Source of the DNA: an uncultured Chloroflexia bacterium | GTDB taxonomy: Bacteria > Chloroflexota > Anaerolineae > B4-G1 > SLSP01 | DNA: 64,000 nucleotides | Assembly: GCA_963751345.1 (NCBI GenBank) | Contig: CAVVUS010000023.1 | Coordinates: 64,001-128,000, forward strand | Reading direction: 5' to 3' | The notes under the pieces: model-generated | Database searches by the model: none | What the model was told of the DNA's origin: nothing | Seen by the model: the letters and a program-made list of their open reading frames with translations, nothing else | Position numbers and translations under genes: made by a program | Shown here: piece after piece, positions 53,774-64,000 of the stretch | Position numbering within the stretch: position 1 is the stretch's first letter | Layout: every line of letters starts with the position of its first letter

Positions 53774-54985
53774 ATGACTAACCAGCTGCTGGACGAAGGT
53801 GAGGGCATTCTGCGATTGGCACCAACCTGGGTGCCACGATCGTTCTGCATTCCCGGTAAGCGAGTCAAGCTCCATCCGGATGACTACTACGCCTTTGGCG
53901 CGAGCCGCGGGGGCATCGACGAGCGCTGGTTCTCGTCGACCACCAAGGCCGACAACGGACCGCTAACCACACCCGACGAGGGTCTGAGCTACGTCCTATA
54001 CGGCGACGATGCTGCGCCCGACCGGGTGCTGTTCAGGGACGTGGTCGACGATCTCGGCGCCGAACTGCTAGGCGACGCGCTGTGGGACAGGTTTCACGCG
54101 TGGCCGATGTACTCCAAGTTCTTCGACAATGAGGGCCCTCTGCCGCATCATCTCCACCAGATGCCGGAACACGCGGCGAACGTGGGAGCGGAGTCCAAGC
54201 CCGAAGGGTACTACTTCCCGCCGCAGCTCAACAACCACGGGGGCACGTTCCCCTACACGTTCTTCGGGCTCGAGCCGGGCACGACCAAGGCACAGGTGAA
54301 GCAGTGCCTGGCAGACTGGGAGAAGGGGGATAATCATATCACCGACCTCTCCAGGGCCTATCGCCTGCGTCCAGGCACCGGATGGTACGTGCCCGCAGGC
54401 CTCCTCCACGCACCCGGCAGCCTCTGCACCTATGAACCGCAGTGGGCCAGCGACGTCTTCTCGATGTTCCAGTCGCTCGTGAGCGACGTGCCCATCGATC
54501 GCGACTTGCTGGTGAAGGACGTGCCCGAGGACAAGAAGGACGACCTCGACTATATCGTGTCCATGGTCGATTGGCCGATGAACACCAATCCGGATCTGGC
54601 CGAAGCGCATTTCCGCCGGCCGAGGCCGGTCCGCCCGATCAAGGAGATGGAGGACGCAGGTTACGTCGAGAAGTGGGTCGTCTATGGCAGCGAGTTCGTC
54701 TCGGCTAAGGAACTGACGGTCCTCCCGGGCCGCGAGGCTCTCATCCGCGATGCCGGCCCCTACGGACTGATTGTGTTGCAGGGACACGGCACGCTCGGGT
54801 CGTGGCCGATCGAGGCCCCGGCGCTGATCCGTTTCGGCCAACTGACGCATGACGAGTATTTCGTCTCCTGTCATGCGGCCCAAGAAGGCGTGCTCATCAA
54901 GAACCCCAGTACCACCGATCCCATCGTGATGCTGAAGCACTTCGGGGTCAATCCGGAGGCGCCGCAGTCTGCAAGCCTTACTTGA
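53774..54985 (+). CDS. Uncharacterised cupin, phosphomannose-isomerase-like sugar(-phosphate) isomerase
   Basis: ERWFSS, SKFFD, PLPHHLHQ, KPEGYYF, LLHAPG, EPQWASD parallel type I PMI metal-binding motifs. Confidence 0.6.
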   Translation: MTNQLLDEGEGILRLAPTWVPRSFCIPGKRVKLHPDDYYAFGASRGGIDERWFSSTTKADNGPLTTPDEGLSYVLYGDDAAPDRVLFRDVVDDLGAELLGDALWDRFHAWPMYSKFFDNEGPLPHHLHQMPEHAANVGAESKPEGYYFPPQLNNHGGTFPYTFFGLEPGTTKAQVKQCLADWEKGDNHITDLSRAYRLRPGTGWYVPAGLLHAPGSLCTYEPQWASDVFSMFQSLVSDVPIDRDLLVKDVPEDKKDDLDYIVSMVDWPMNTNPDLAEAHFRRPRPVRPIKEMEDAGYVEKWVVYGSEFVSAKELTVLPGREALIRDAGPYGLIVLQGHGTLGSWPIEAPALIRFGQLTHDEYFVSCHAAQEGVLIKNPSTTDPIVMLKHFGVNPEAPQSASLT

Positions 54986-55025
54986 CACACCTTTGTTTCA
55001 TTTGTATAATGAAAGCAAATGAAAG
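54982..55025 (+). promoter_or_regulatory. Perfect-consensus sigma70 promoter with an overlapping inverted-repeat operator
   Basis: TTGACA (54982)-17 nt-TATAAT (55005); tttcatttg (54996-55004) and caaatgaaa (55016-55024) flank the -10 element. Confidence 0.8.
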
Positions 55026-55028
55026 TGA

Positions 55029-55803
55029 ATGGGGCTAATCGTGTTCCTTGAGGAGCGCCGGCAGGCGATTGCGGACCTGGTGCAGCGTCACGGGCGTGTG
55101 GAAGTCGGCGAGCTGAGCCAGCGCTTCGAGGTCTCGGGGGCCACGATCCGCGCCGATCTCCAGGCGCTCGCCGAGCAGGGACTGGTCCTGCGGACGTACG
55201 GTGGCGCCATTCCCGGTGGGAGCGGGGCTTTACGAGCTTTCGCTCCTCAAGCGTCGCCAGCAGCAGGTCGCGGAGAAGAGCCGCATCGCGCGTGTCGCGG
55301 CCGATCTCGTCGGGCACGGCGAGGCCGTCTTTATCGACAGCAGCAGTACGGCCCTCGCCATCGTCGGGCACATCAAGCATCGCCGCGACCTCACGGTCGT
55401 CACGAACTGCCTGGCGGTAGCCCAGGAACTCCTGGGACTGCTCAACGTCACCGTGGTGATGCCGGGGGGAACGCTTCATCACGACACAGCCTCCCTCATC
55501 GATACAGGGGGGCTGGCGCTGCTGGGAGACTACAACATTGCCCACGGGTTCTTCGGCGCGCACGGTCTCACTCTCGCGGAAGGGCTCACCGACGTGAGCG
55601 CACCCGAGGCGGAGGTCAAGCGGCCGCTCGTAACGATGTGCCGCCAGGTCGTGGCCGTGCTGGACGCGACGAAGTGGGGGCGCGCGGGTGTGGCCTCCTT
55701 TGCCGAGGTGGCTGACGTGGATATCGTGGTTACCGATGCTGATGCGCCCGGGCCAATGGTGACCCAGGTGCGCAGTTTGGGTGTTGAGGTCGTGCTGGTG
55801 TGA
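55029..55803 (+). CDS. DeoR/GlpR family transcriptional regulator (frameshift near 55220)
   Basis: EERRQAI...VSGATIRADL HTH; C-terminal FIDSSSTA, VVTN, DATKW, VVTD. Confidence 0.9.
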
Positions 55804-55890
55804 GATCGAAGTCTGAGGTCAGGAGATAGCCTTGGTCAGCGACAATGCAGACGGCATATGGTTCCTGAAGCCCAGGGCAGGAGGTGGTTG

Positions 55891-57082
55891 TTGACCAAGC
55901 GCTGGGATGCCGTGGTGGCAGGGCACATCTGCCTCGACGTGATCCCGGATCTGTCGGGATTGGGAGCAGAGCCGCTCTCCACATTGCTGCGGCCCGGCCA
56001 ACTGGTGGAGGTGGGGAACCCCGCCCTCGCGACGGGCGGCCCAGTCTCAAACACCGGGCTTGCCTTGCACATCCTCGGGGTGAAGACCCAGTTGATGGGC
56101 AAAGTCGGGGATGATCCGCTGGGTCACGTCGTCACGGCAGATTGTGGCCGACCAAGGAGCAGGGCTTGCCGACGGGATGGTCGTCGATCCGGAGGCTGCG
56201 ACTTCCTACTCCATCATCATCAGCCCTCCCGATATCGATCGTATCTTCCTTCATTCTCCCGGTGCCAACAATACCTTCGGTGCCGCCGACGTTCGTTATG
56301 ACGTCGTGGCGCAGGCACGGCTTTTTCACTTCGGCTATCCGCCGCTGATGCGCCGGATCTATGCGGATAACGGCGCGGAGCTGATCGAGATCTACCGCCG
56401 GGTGCGCGCGCTTGAGGTCACGACCTCGCTGGATATGGCGGTCCCGGATCCCGCGACCGATGCGGGGCGCGCTGATTGGGTCACGATCCTCGAGGGCGTG
56501 CTGCCATTTGTCGACGTCTTCCTGCCCAGCGTAGAGGAGATCCTCTTCATGCTGCGCCGCCCGCAGTACGAGGCGCTTGTGCGTGAGGCGAAGGGGGGGA
56601 GCCTGTTACCCCTCGTAACGCCGGCGCTGTTGTCCGACCTCGGCGAGGAGCTTCTGTCGATGGGCGGGCGCGTGGTAGGGTTGAAGTTGGGGGATCGCGG
56701 GTTCTACTTGAGAACCGCGAGTGAAGCGGCGATTGCGGAGATGGGGGCAGCAGCCCCGGCTGACCCCGAGGATTGGGCCGACCGCGAACTGTGGGTCCCC
56801 TGTTTCAAGGTGGACGTCGTGGGCACCACAGGTGCGGGCGACGCTACCATCGCGGGCTTCCTTGCGGCGCTGCTGCGGGGATTGCCTGTGAAGGATGCCG
56901 CAAGGATGGCGGTCGCCGTTGGCGCCTGCAACGTCGAGGCCGCCGACGCCCTCGGCGGGTTGCGCTCCTGGGAGGAGACCGAAGCGCGCGTCGCCGCAGG
57001 ATGGCCACAGCGTGAGCTGACCCTCACAGAACCAGGCTGGCATCGCGATCCGGCTCACGGCCTCTGGGAGCGTGTACGATGA
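55891..57082 (+). CDS. PfkB family carbohydrate kinase (frameshift near 56135)
   Basis: GHICLD, GGPVSNTG, GKVGDD, PGANNTF, VGTTGAGDATIAGF. Confidence 0.88.
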
Positions 57083-58309
57083 CGGCCGATCACGTGGGCG
57101 TCTCCACCTTGGTGCGTTCAGCCGTTCCAACGTCCGTTATATTCGGCGCGGGGAGTGTGGGGCGGGGCTTCCTGGGCCAGCTCTTCACCGAATCGGGTTA
57201 CAAGGTCATCTTCGTGGACGTGGATGCTCCTCTGGTCGCGGCGCTCGCATGACCGCGGCGCCTATACGCTACGGCTTTCCGGGATCGTGAAGGTCGAGGA
57301 TCGCGTGATTGCGCCGGTGACGGCCGTCGACGGTCGAGATGCCGACCGAGTCGCTGAGGCCGTTGCAGGAGCGTCGCTGATCGCCACAGCGGTAGGGGCG
57401 CGAGCCCTGCGGGCTATCGCAGGTCCGATGGCTCGCGGGCTGGCAGAGCGTTTCCAGGATCCGGCAGCAGCGCCGCTCAACGTGATCATCTGCGAGAACC
57501 TGCACGATGCGCCGGAACAGCTTCGGGGTTTTGTCACCGAGGCAATGTCCCGTGAGGCGTGGGGAAGGGTGGCGGGGAGCGCCGGTTTTGTCCCGGCAGT
57601 GATCGCGCGGATGTCGCCTGTTCCCACGCCGGAGCAGCGCGAGGCCGACGTGTCGTTGATCGTAGCCGAGCCCTACAAGGTGCTGCCGGTGGATCGCGAT
57701 GCCTTTGTAGGACCGATACCCCACGTGGTCGGGATGGAGGCGGTGTCCCCATTCGAGGCCTATACTGCGCGCAAACTGTATATTCACAACGCGGCCCACG
57801 CACTCCTGGGATACCTGGGCTACCAGCGCGGGCACGCATATGGCTACGAGGCGCTGGATGATCCGTGGGTGGCCTCGCGGCTGGACCTCGGGCTAAGCGA
57901 ATCGTCGCGGGCGTTGATCGCCGAGTTCGACTTCGAGCCGGTAGCGCTTCGAGAGCACATTGACTATCTGTTGGTAAGGTTCGCCAATCGGGCACTGGCC
58001 GATCCCGTAGACCGGTTGGCGCGGGATCCTCTGCGCAAGCTATCGCCGGGCGACCGGCTCGTGGGCGCAGCACGCCTCGCGGAGCGCCACGGCATCCGCG
58101 TCGACGGGTTAGCGTGGGGCATTGCTGCTGCGCTGGCCTACGTGGATCCCTACGACGCACACGCCGTCGCGCTGCAGGACCGGATTGGGGACGAAGGTAT
58201 CGAGGAGACGCTGCGCTCGGTGTGTGCCATCGACGCCGACGAGGCGCTTGGCGACCTCGTCCTGCGGCGGTACCGTGAGTTGGCGACGTTGTCTCACCGT
58301 GATGTGTGA
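57079..58309 (+). CDS. Mannitol-1-phosphate 5-dehydrogenase-like polyol-phosphate dehydrogenase (frameshift near 57248)
   Basis: IFGAGSVGRGFLGQ, ATAVG, ICEN, RKLYIHNAAH, RFAN, RLARDPLRKL...DRL. Confidence 0.8.
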
Positions 58310-58342
58310 GGGGTTGTGTCACTACGCAATAAAGGAGAAGAG

Positions 58343-60408
58343 ATGGGCACTTCGACGGAGACGCTCAGCAGCTTGACCAAGGACGAAGCGCTTGAACTGC
58401 TGAAGGAGATGTGGGCGATTCGCTACTTTGAAAACGAAGTCTACGATCTGTTGGGGCAAAACAAGATCAAGGGGGCCTCGCACCTCTACGCCGGCGAGGA
58501 AGCAGTCGCGGTCGGGGCGATGTCCACACTGCAGGACGATGACCTGATTACGTCGACGCATCGCGGGCACGGTCACTGCTATGCGCGGGGCGCCATCGCG
58601 GCCAAGACGGATGAGGAGCACCAGACTCACTATAACAAGATGCTGGCTGAGCTCTGCGGCCGCACCACAGGTTACTCGGCGGGCCGGGGCGGGTCGATGC
58701 ACATCGCCGACGTCCAGAACGGCAACCTGGGTGCCACCGGCATCGTGGGTGGCAACATTCCAGTGGCGACAGGGGCCGGGCTCGTCCAGAAGATGAAGAA
58801 GACGGGCAACGTGGTCCTCTGCTTCTTCGGCGACGGGGCCACGAACACGGGCAACTTCCACGAGTCGCTGAACATGGCGGCGCTGTGGAACCTGCCGGTG
58901 GTCTACATCATCGAGAACAACCTCTACGGCATGTCGGTGCCTATCCAGACACGCTGCAGCGAAGCTCGACATCGCGCAGCGCGGGTGTGCCTACGGCATC
59001 GAGAACGAGGTCGTCGACGGGATGGATGTGATGGCGGTCCGTGAAGCCGTCGGTCGGGCGGTCGAGCACGCCCGCGAGCGGCCAGGGACCCTATCTGCAT
59101 CGAGGCCAAGACCTATCGCTGGTATCGGGCACTCCCGCTCGGATCCGCGTGCCTATCGCACGAAGGAGGAGGAGGCGGAATGGAAGGCACGAGATCCCAT
59201 TCCCAACTTCGCGGCGCTGCTGGTGAACGCCGGGATCGCGACGGAGGATGAGATCGACGCCGTTGAGCAGTACGTTGAGAAGGCGATCGAGGTGGCCACC
59301 GAGTTCTCCTTGGGCTCGCCAATGCCGCTGGCGGAGGAGTTGGAGAGATTCGTCTTCGCACCGTTCAAGTGGTCACAAGCAGACATCGACCGCGAGAAGG
59401 TGCTTCGCGAGCTTGCCCGCAAGGGAGGACCCGGCACCCACGCGGCAGAGTATCGCCAGGCGCTGCAAGAGGCGATGCGTGAGGAGATGCTGCGCGACGA
59501 CGACGTTTTCCTGATGGGCGAGGACATCGGGCTGTACGGCGGTGCCTATGGCGCGACCCGGGGGCTGTTCAACGAGTTTGGTGGCGAGCGGGTGCTCGAC
59601 ACGCCGATCTCCGAGGCCGGGATCGCAGGCGTCGCTGTAGGTGCCGCGATGGCGGGGATGCGCCCGATGGTCGAGATCATGTACGTCGACTTCACGCCGT
59701 TGGCGATGGATCAGATCGCCAACCAGGGCGCCAAGAATCGCTTCATGTTCGGCGGCAAGACCACGGTCCCGGTCGTCGTGCGCACCGAGGGTGGCGCGGG
59801 CCGCAGCATCGCGGCGCACCACTCGCAATCGCTGGAGTCGCTGTGGACGCACTTTCCCGGGCATCTACGTGGTGATGCCGAGCACGCCCTACGATGCCAA
59901 GGGGCTGCTGAAGGCTGCCATCCGCGACGACAACCCCGTGATGTTCATCGAGCACAAGATGCTCTACGGTGTCAAGGGTAACGTCCCCGACGAGGACTAC
60001 ATCATCCCCTACGGTGTGGCCGACGTGAAGCGCGAGGGAACGGACGTCACCGTCATTACGTACTCGCGTATGGTCCACCGGTCGCTGGAGGCGGCAGAGA
60101 AGCTGGCCGAGGAGGGTGTCAGCGTCGAGGTGATCGACCTGCGCACGCTCAAGCCTCTGGATATGGCCACGATTGCGACGTCGGTACAGAAGACGGGACG
60201 AGTGATCGGCGTGACAGAGTCCTATCCGACCAACTCGTTCATCAGCGAGATCGCCGCCCGCGTCCAGGAGGAGCTCTTCGACTGGCTCGACGCGCCGGTC
60301 ATCCGCGTCTCGGCCAGGGATGTGCCGGTGCCTATGAGCGAGACACTAGAGGACGCCGATATACCGAGTGTGGACAGGATCGCCGACGCTATCCGCGGCA
60401 TACTGTAA
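58343..60408 (+). CDS. Fused E1 alpha/beta TPP-dependent dehydrogenase, acetoin/pyruvate dehydrogenase-like (frameshifts near 58950, 59075-59130 and 59860)
   Basis: STHRGHGH, GGSMH, GDGA...ENN TPP motif, GHSRSD, then in the same frame MGEDIG, DTPISE, EIMYVDF, HSQS, EVIDLRTL. Confidence 0.85.
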
Positions 60409-60419
60409 AGGGGGATACG

Positions 60420-61794
60420 ATGGCCTATGAGATCATACTGCCCAAACTGGGGCAGACCGTGGAGGAGAGTCGACTCGTCGAGTGGCTCAAGGCGGAGGGT
60501 GACACCGTCGATCGAGGCGACGTGCTCTTTACGGTGGAGACCGACAAGGCGGTGCTCGACGTCGAAGCCACGCGTAAGGGCTATCTGCGAAAGATCCTCG
60601 TGCCTGGAGGTGAGACCGTCCCGGTGTTGACGGTGGTGGGATTGATCACGCGGACGGCCGACGAGTCCCTTGAGGAGGCGGCCCCACCGGCGGATGCAGC
60701 CGCATCGCCCACGGCAGGAGAGGTGGCGACCGGCTGTGCCGGCTGTTATGGAGGCGCCTACGCCAGACGCGGAGGCGGTGCCAACAGGGCGCGTGTTCTC
60801 ATCGCCTCGCGCTCGAAAGGCGGCGCGTGAGCACGGCGTGGACATCAGTGCGGTGGACGGCACCGGGCCGAACGGACGAGTCGTAGAGCGCGATGTCCTT
60901 GCTTACGCGGTGTCGAGGCCCAAGGCGACGCCTGTAGCCCGCCACGTGGCGGAGCAGCTTGGCGTTGACCTCGCCCAGGTCTCCGGTACCGGACCGCGCG
61001 GACGGGTCACGAAGGCCGATGTCCAGGCTATGGCCGGAGCGGCGGCGCCTGTGCCCGTCGCACCCGAGCCCGTGACCGCGCCTGCACCCGCTGCGCCAGA
61101 GGAGGCTCTGGCCGAGGTGCCGTTGACCGGGGTCCGTGGCATCATCGCTCAGCGGATGCACGAGAGCCATGTTGTAACCGCGCCGGTGACGCTGACGATG
61201 GAGGTCGACGCCACGGCGTTCGTGGCGCTGCGTGAGCGGCTGAAGACCAGTCTCGCCGCGGCGCTGGGGTTCAACGTGGGCTACAACGATCTACTCATCG
61301 TAGTGGCGGCAAAGGCGCTGCGTAAGTTCCCCTACGTCAATGCCCGTCTGGACGGCGACGTGATTCACCATCTCGATGCCGTGCATATCGGGTTGGCCGT
61401 CGACACCGAACGGGGCCTCTTGGTCCCGCACGTTGCGGATGCCGACACGAAGGGGTTGACGGAGATCGCGCGCGACGTACGCGCGATGGCCGAGCGGGCG
61501 CGAACCGGCCGGTCGCTGCCGGACGAGCTTTCAGGCGGCACGTTCACGATCACGAACCTCGGGATGTACGACGTGGACGCCTTCACGCCGATCATCAACT
61601 ATCCGGAGACGGCGATCCTGGGCGTTGGACGGATCAAGTCTGTCCCGGCCGTCGTGGATGGCGAGATCGTGGTGCGGCAGAAGACGTGGCTCAGCCTGAC
61701 CTTCGACCACCGTCTGGTCGATGGAGCGCCCGCGGCGAGATTCATGCAGTACATCAAGCAGCTTGTCGAGGAGCCGTTCCTGCTGCTGGCCTGA
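60420..61794 (+). CDS. Dihydrolipoamide acyltransferase E2 with one lipoyl and two subunit-binding domains (frameshift near 60730)
   Basis: ETDKA lipoyl site; two GTGP.GRV...DV repeats; GTFTITNLG; DHRLVDG. Confidence 0.9.
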
Positions 61795-61808
61795 CGATCT
61801 CGGTTCCG

Positions 61809-61879
61809 CGGACCTTGCGGAGGTTCAAGCTCGAGACCACCATACGGCCGCCGGCCTGGAGCCGCCTTCGCAAGGTCCG
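61809..61879. repeat. REP-like inverted repeat with a long spacer, between convergent genes
   Basis: cggaccttgcggagg ... ccttcgcaaggtccg. Confidence 0.7.
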
Positions 61880-61883
61880 TCGG

Positions 61884-63182
61884 CTACGTCCGCCGTCCGT
61901 GGCAGTGCTTGAACTTCTTGCCGCTGCCGCACGGGCAGAGATCGTTGCGGTTGGCAGCGGCGAAGGCCTTCTCCATCTCCAGATCGACCGCGTTGATGCG
62001 CTGCATTACGTTCGCGGGGGCCCGTTGGTGGCGGAGTTCCTCTGCCATCAAACCGCATCGGCTCATCGATGTGTGCGAAGAAGGCCTTGTAGCCGTCGCA
62101 CAGGTAGCTGAGCGGCGCTTCACTCTCTGATGTCACCACGATCCGGTTCTTCGGGCACGCTCCGTTGCAGATGAAGCGTACCTCGCAGTCCAGGCACTGC
62201 GCCGGCAACGTGTCCAGCTTGGCCCTACCGAAGGCGCGCTGCTGTTCGGAGGCGACGAGGTCGATCATCGGCGTCTCCATAATGTTTCCGAGCCGATAGT
62301 GTGGCTCGACGTAGTGATCGCATGCGTAGAGATCGCCGTTATGCTCCATGGCCAGACCCAGTCCACAGGTGGGCTCGAATACGCAGAGGCCCGGTCGCTG
62401 GCCTGTCCACGCCGCCAGCGCCACGTCAAAGATCTGGACGAAGACGCGGCCGACATCGTGACGTACCCACTCATCGAAGACACCGATGAGGAAGTCGCCA
62501 TACTGAGGACCCGTCACCGAGTGGTCCGTCACTTCGAGACCTTCCTGGTGCCCCGTCTCATTGTCGCGCCGGACGATTGGGATGAACTGGACAAACTCGC
62601 CCCTGCCTCGTCACGGAAGAATCGGTAGACATCCGTAGGGTGGGTGGCGTTTGCGCTATGCACAGTACAGAGGATGTTGACTTCCACCTCGCTGGCCCGC
62701 AGGGTTCGGAGCCCGCGCATCACGCGATCCCACGTTGGCCCGCCCCCTTTGTCCCGTCGGTAGGCGTCATGCATGGGCTGGGGGCCGTCGAGGCTGAGTC
62801 CGATCAGGAAGTTGTGTTCGGCGAAGAAGTGCCCCCACGCGTCATCGACGAGTGTGCCATTGGTCTGAAGGGTGTTGATGATCCGCATGCCCGGCCGGCG
62901 ATACTTCTCCTGGTAGGCAACGGCGCGCTCGTAGAACTCGATACCCATCAACAGCGGCTCGCCACCCTGCCAGCCGAAGGTCACCTCGGGAACCTGCTGG
63001 GCCTCGATATACTGGCGGGTGAAGCTCTCCAGCACCTCGTCCGGCATCTGGAATGCGCTGCCGGGGTACATCTGCGCCTTGGGGAGGTAGTAGCAGTAGC
63101 CGCAGTTCAGGTTGCAGATCGGCCCGCGGGGCTTCGTCATCACGTGGAAGGCTCGCGGCACAGGATTCTGACCGTTCATCAT
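61884..63182 (-). CDS. Anaerobic sulfatase maturase (radical SAM/SPASM) with C-terminal SEC-C motif (frameshifts near 62600 and 62050)
   Basis: [36 protein letters not shown]...[25 protein letters not shown]. Confidence 0.9.
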
Positions 63183-64000
63183 AGTCCCCAAAATAACACC
63201 AGTCCGATGAGCAGTGCGATGAAGCAGACGACAGTCAAGGGCCAGCCGACGTTGAAGAAGTCCTTGAACTCGTAGTTGGCCGGTGCGATCATCATGATGT
63301 TGACCGGGTGGGCGATGGGTGTGAAGAAGGCCGCGGAACACCCGGTGGCGGTAGCCACGGCGATCGCCTGGACGTTTGTGTTGAGTTGCAGGGCCGCGCT
63401 GATCATGATCGGCGCCGTCACCAGACCCGTCACCTGGCCGCCCATTATCTGCGTCAGCAGGCCCGTGAGGAGATATGCGCCCGCGGCCAGCCCCAGCGGT
63501 CCTAGAGGGGCCGTGATGGCGACCACGCCTTCACCGATTCGCTGGGCGAGCCCAGTCTGAACCATAGAGAGGCTCACGGAGTACATCCCGGCGATCAGGA
63601 AGATGGCTTCCCAGTTGATTGCCCGGTAGGCCTGCTCCATGTTCAGGATCCCCGTGACGAGCAAGACCAGCGCCGCCGCCAACATCGCGAGATGCACCGG
63701 CACACCGAGGGCTGATGCGATGATCCCGGCGGCCGTCACGCCGATTGTCAGGCCGGCTTCCCACCGCTGCACGGGCTCGTCACTCGTATCGAGCTCCAGG
63801 ACAACGAAGTCGGGGCTCGCTCGCAGCCGATCGAGCTTGTCGACCGGGCCGATCATCAGCAGCGAGTCCCCCATCTCCAGCTCGAAATCGCCCACGCTTG
63901 TACGACAGCTTCGACCGTCACGGCACAGGGCCAGCACCGTATAGTCGTACTGGGTGCGAAACTCCAGTTCGCGTAAGGTGCGACCCAGTGCCTCCGAACG
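63179..64000 (-). CDS. SLC13 family permease with TrkA-C domain (5' partial)
   Basis: TrkA-C-like tail, multiple TM helices, FFTPIAHPVNIMM...YEFKDF..VGWPL. Confidence 0.85.
   Translation of the reverse strand, partial: RSEALGRTLRELEFRTQYDYTVLALCRDGRSCRTSVGDFELEMGDSLLMIGPVDKLDRLRASPDFVVLELDTSDEPVQRWEAGLTIGVTAAGIIASALGVPVHLAMLAAALVLLVTGILNMEQAYRAINWEAIFLIAGMYSVSLSMVQTGLAQRIGEGVVAITAPLGPLGLAAGAYLLTGLLTQIMGGQVTGLVTAPIMISAALQLNTNVQAIAVATATGCSAAFFTPIAHPVNIMMIAPANYEFKDFFNVGWPLTVVCFIALLIGLVLFWGL

Noticed and set aside
979-63182. Programmed frameshifting, phase variation or stop-codon recoding to explain the split genes
   Set aside because: Breaks need frame changes rather than read-through, are scattered across unrelated genes, and those examined lack slippery or long homopolymer sites; TGA, TAG and TAA all end intact genes normally.

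Overview
High-GC bacterial chromosomal window, most likely from a Chloroflexota (Anaerolineae-like) genome. This is inferred from a Pro/Thr-rich lipoprotein, a C-terminal 'VYLP' motif and inserts in RpoD and DnaG. Many genes are split by single-base indels; those I traced are +1 insertions and look like long-read consensus errors, so split ORFs are merged here. Contents in order: rhaA; a ~2,250-aa secreted S8 protease carrying three cohesin-like and two dockerin-like modules; htpX-like protease, Hsp20 and a Tat-exported L,D-transpeptidase; a heterodimeric ABC exporter; a PAS/GAF histidine kinase; a tRNA operon (Ser-TGA, Ser-GCT and two identical Arg-GCG); a polyphosphate/adenylate block (ppk1, adk, CYTH-CHAD, YqeK-like, MTAN-like); the dnaG-rpoD-yjbQ-radical SAM operon; tatA; a single-chain GlcF-GlcD-GlcE fusion with an Ldh_2 gene and rhaB; a ~20-kb two-armed sugar/polyol-phosphate catabolic cluster of unknown substrate that ends in a fused E1alpha-beta plus E2 lipoyl dehydrogenase; an anaerobic sulfatase maturase; and a partial SLC13 permease. 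Intergenic regions hold several short-period inverted-repeat families, some nested. No CRISPR array, integrase or transposase was seen. The best candidates for undescribed systems are the cohesin/dockerin protease and the sugar cluster with its acetoin-dehydrogenase-like complex. All family assignments come from motif recognition, not database searches.
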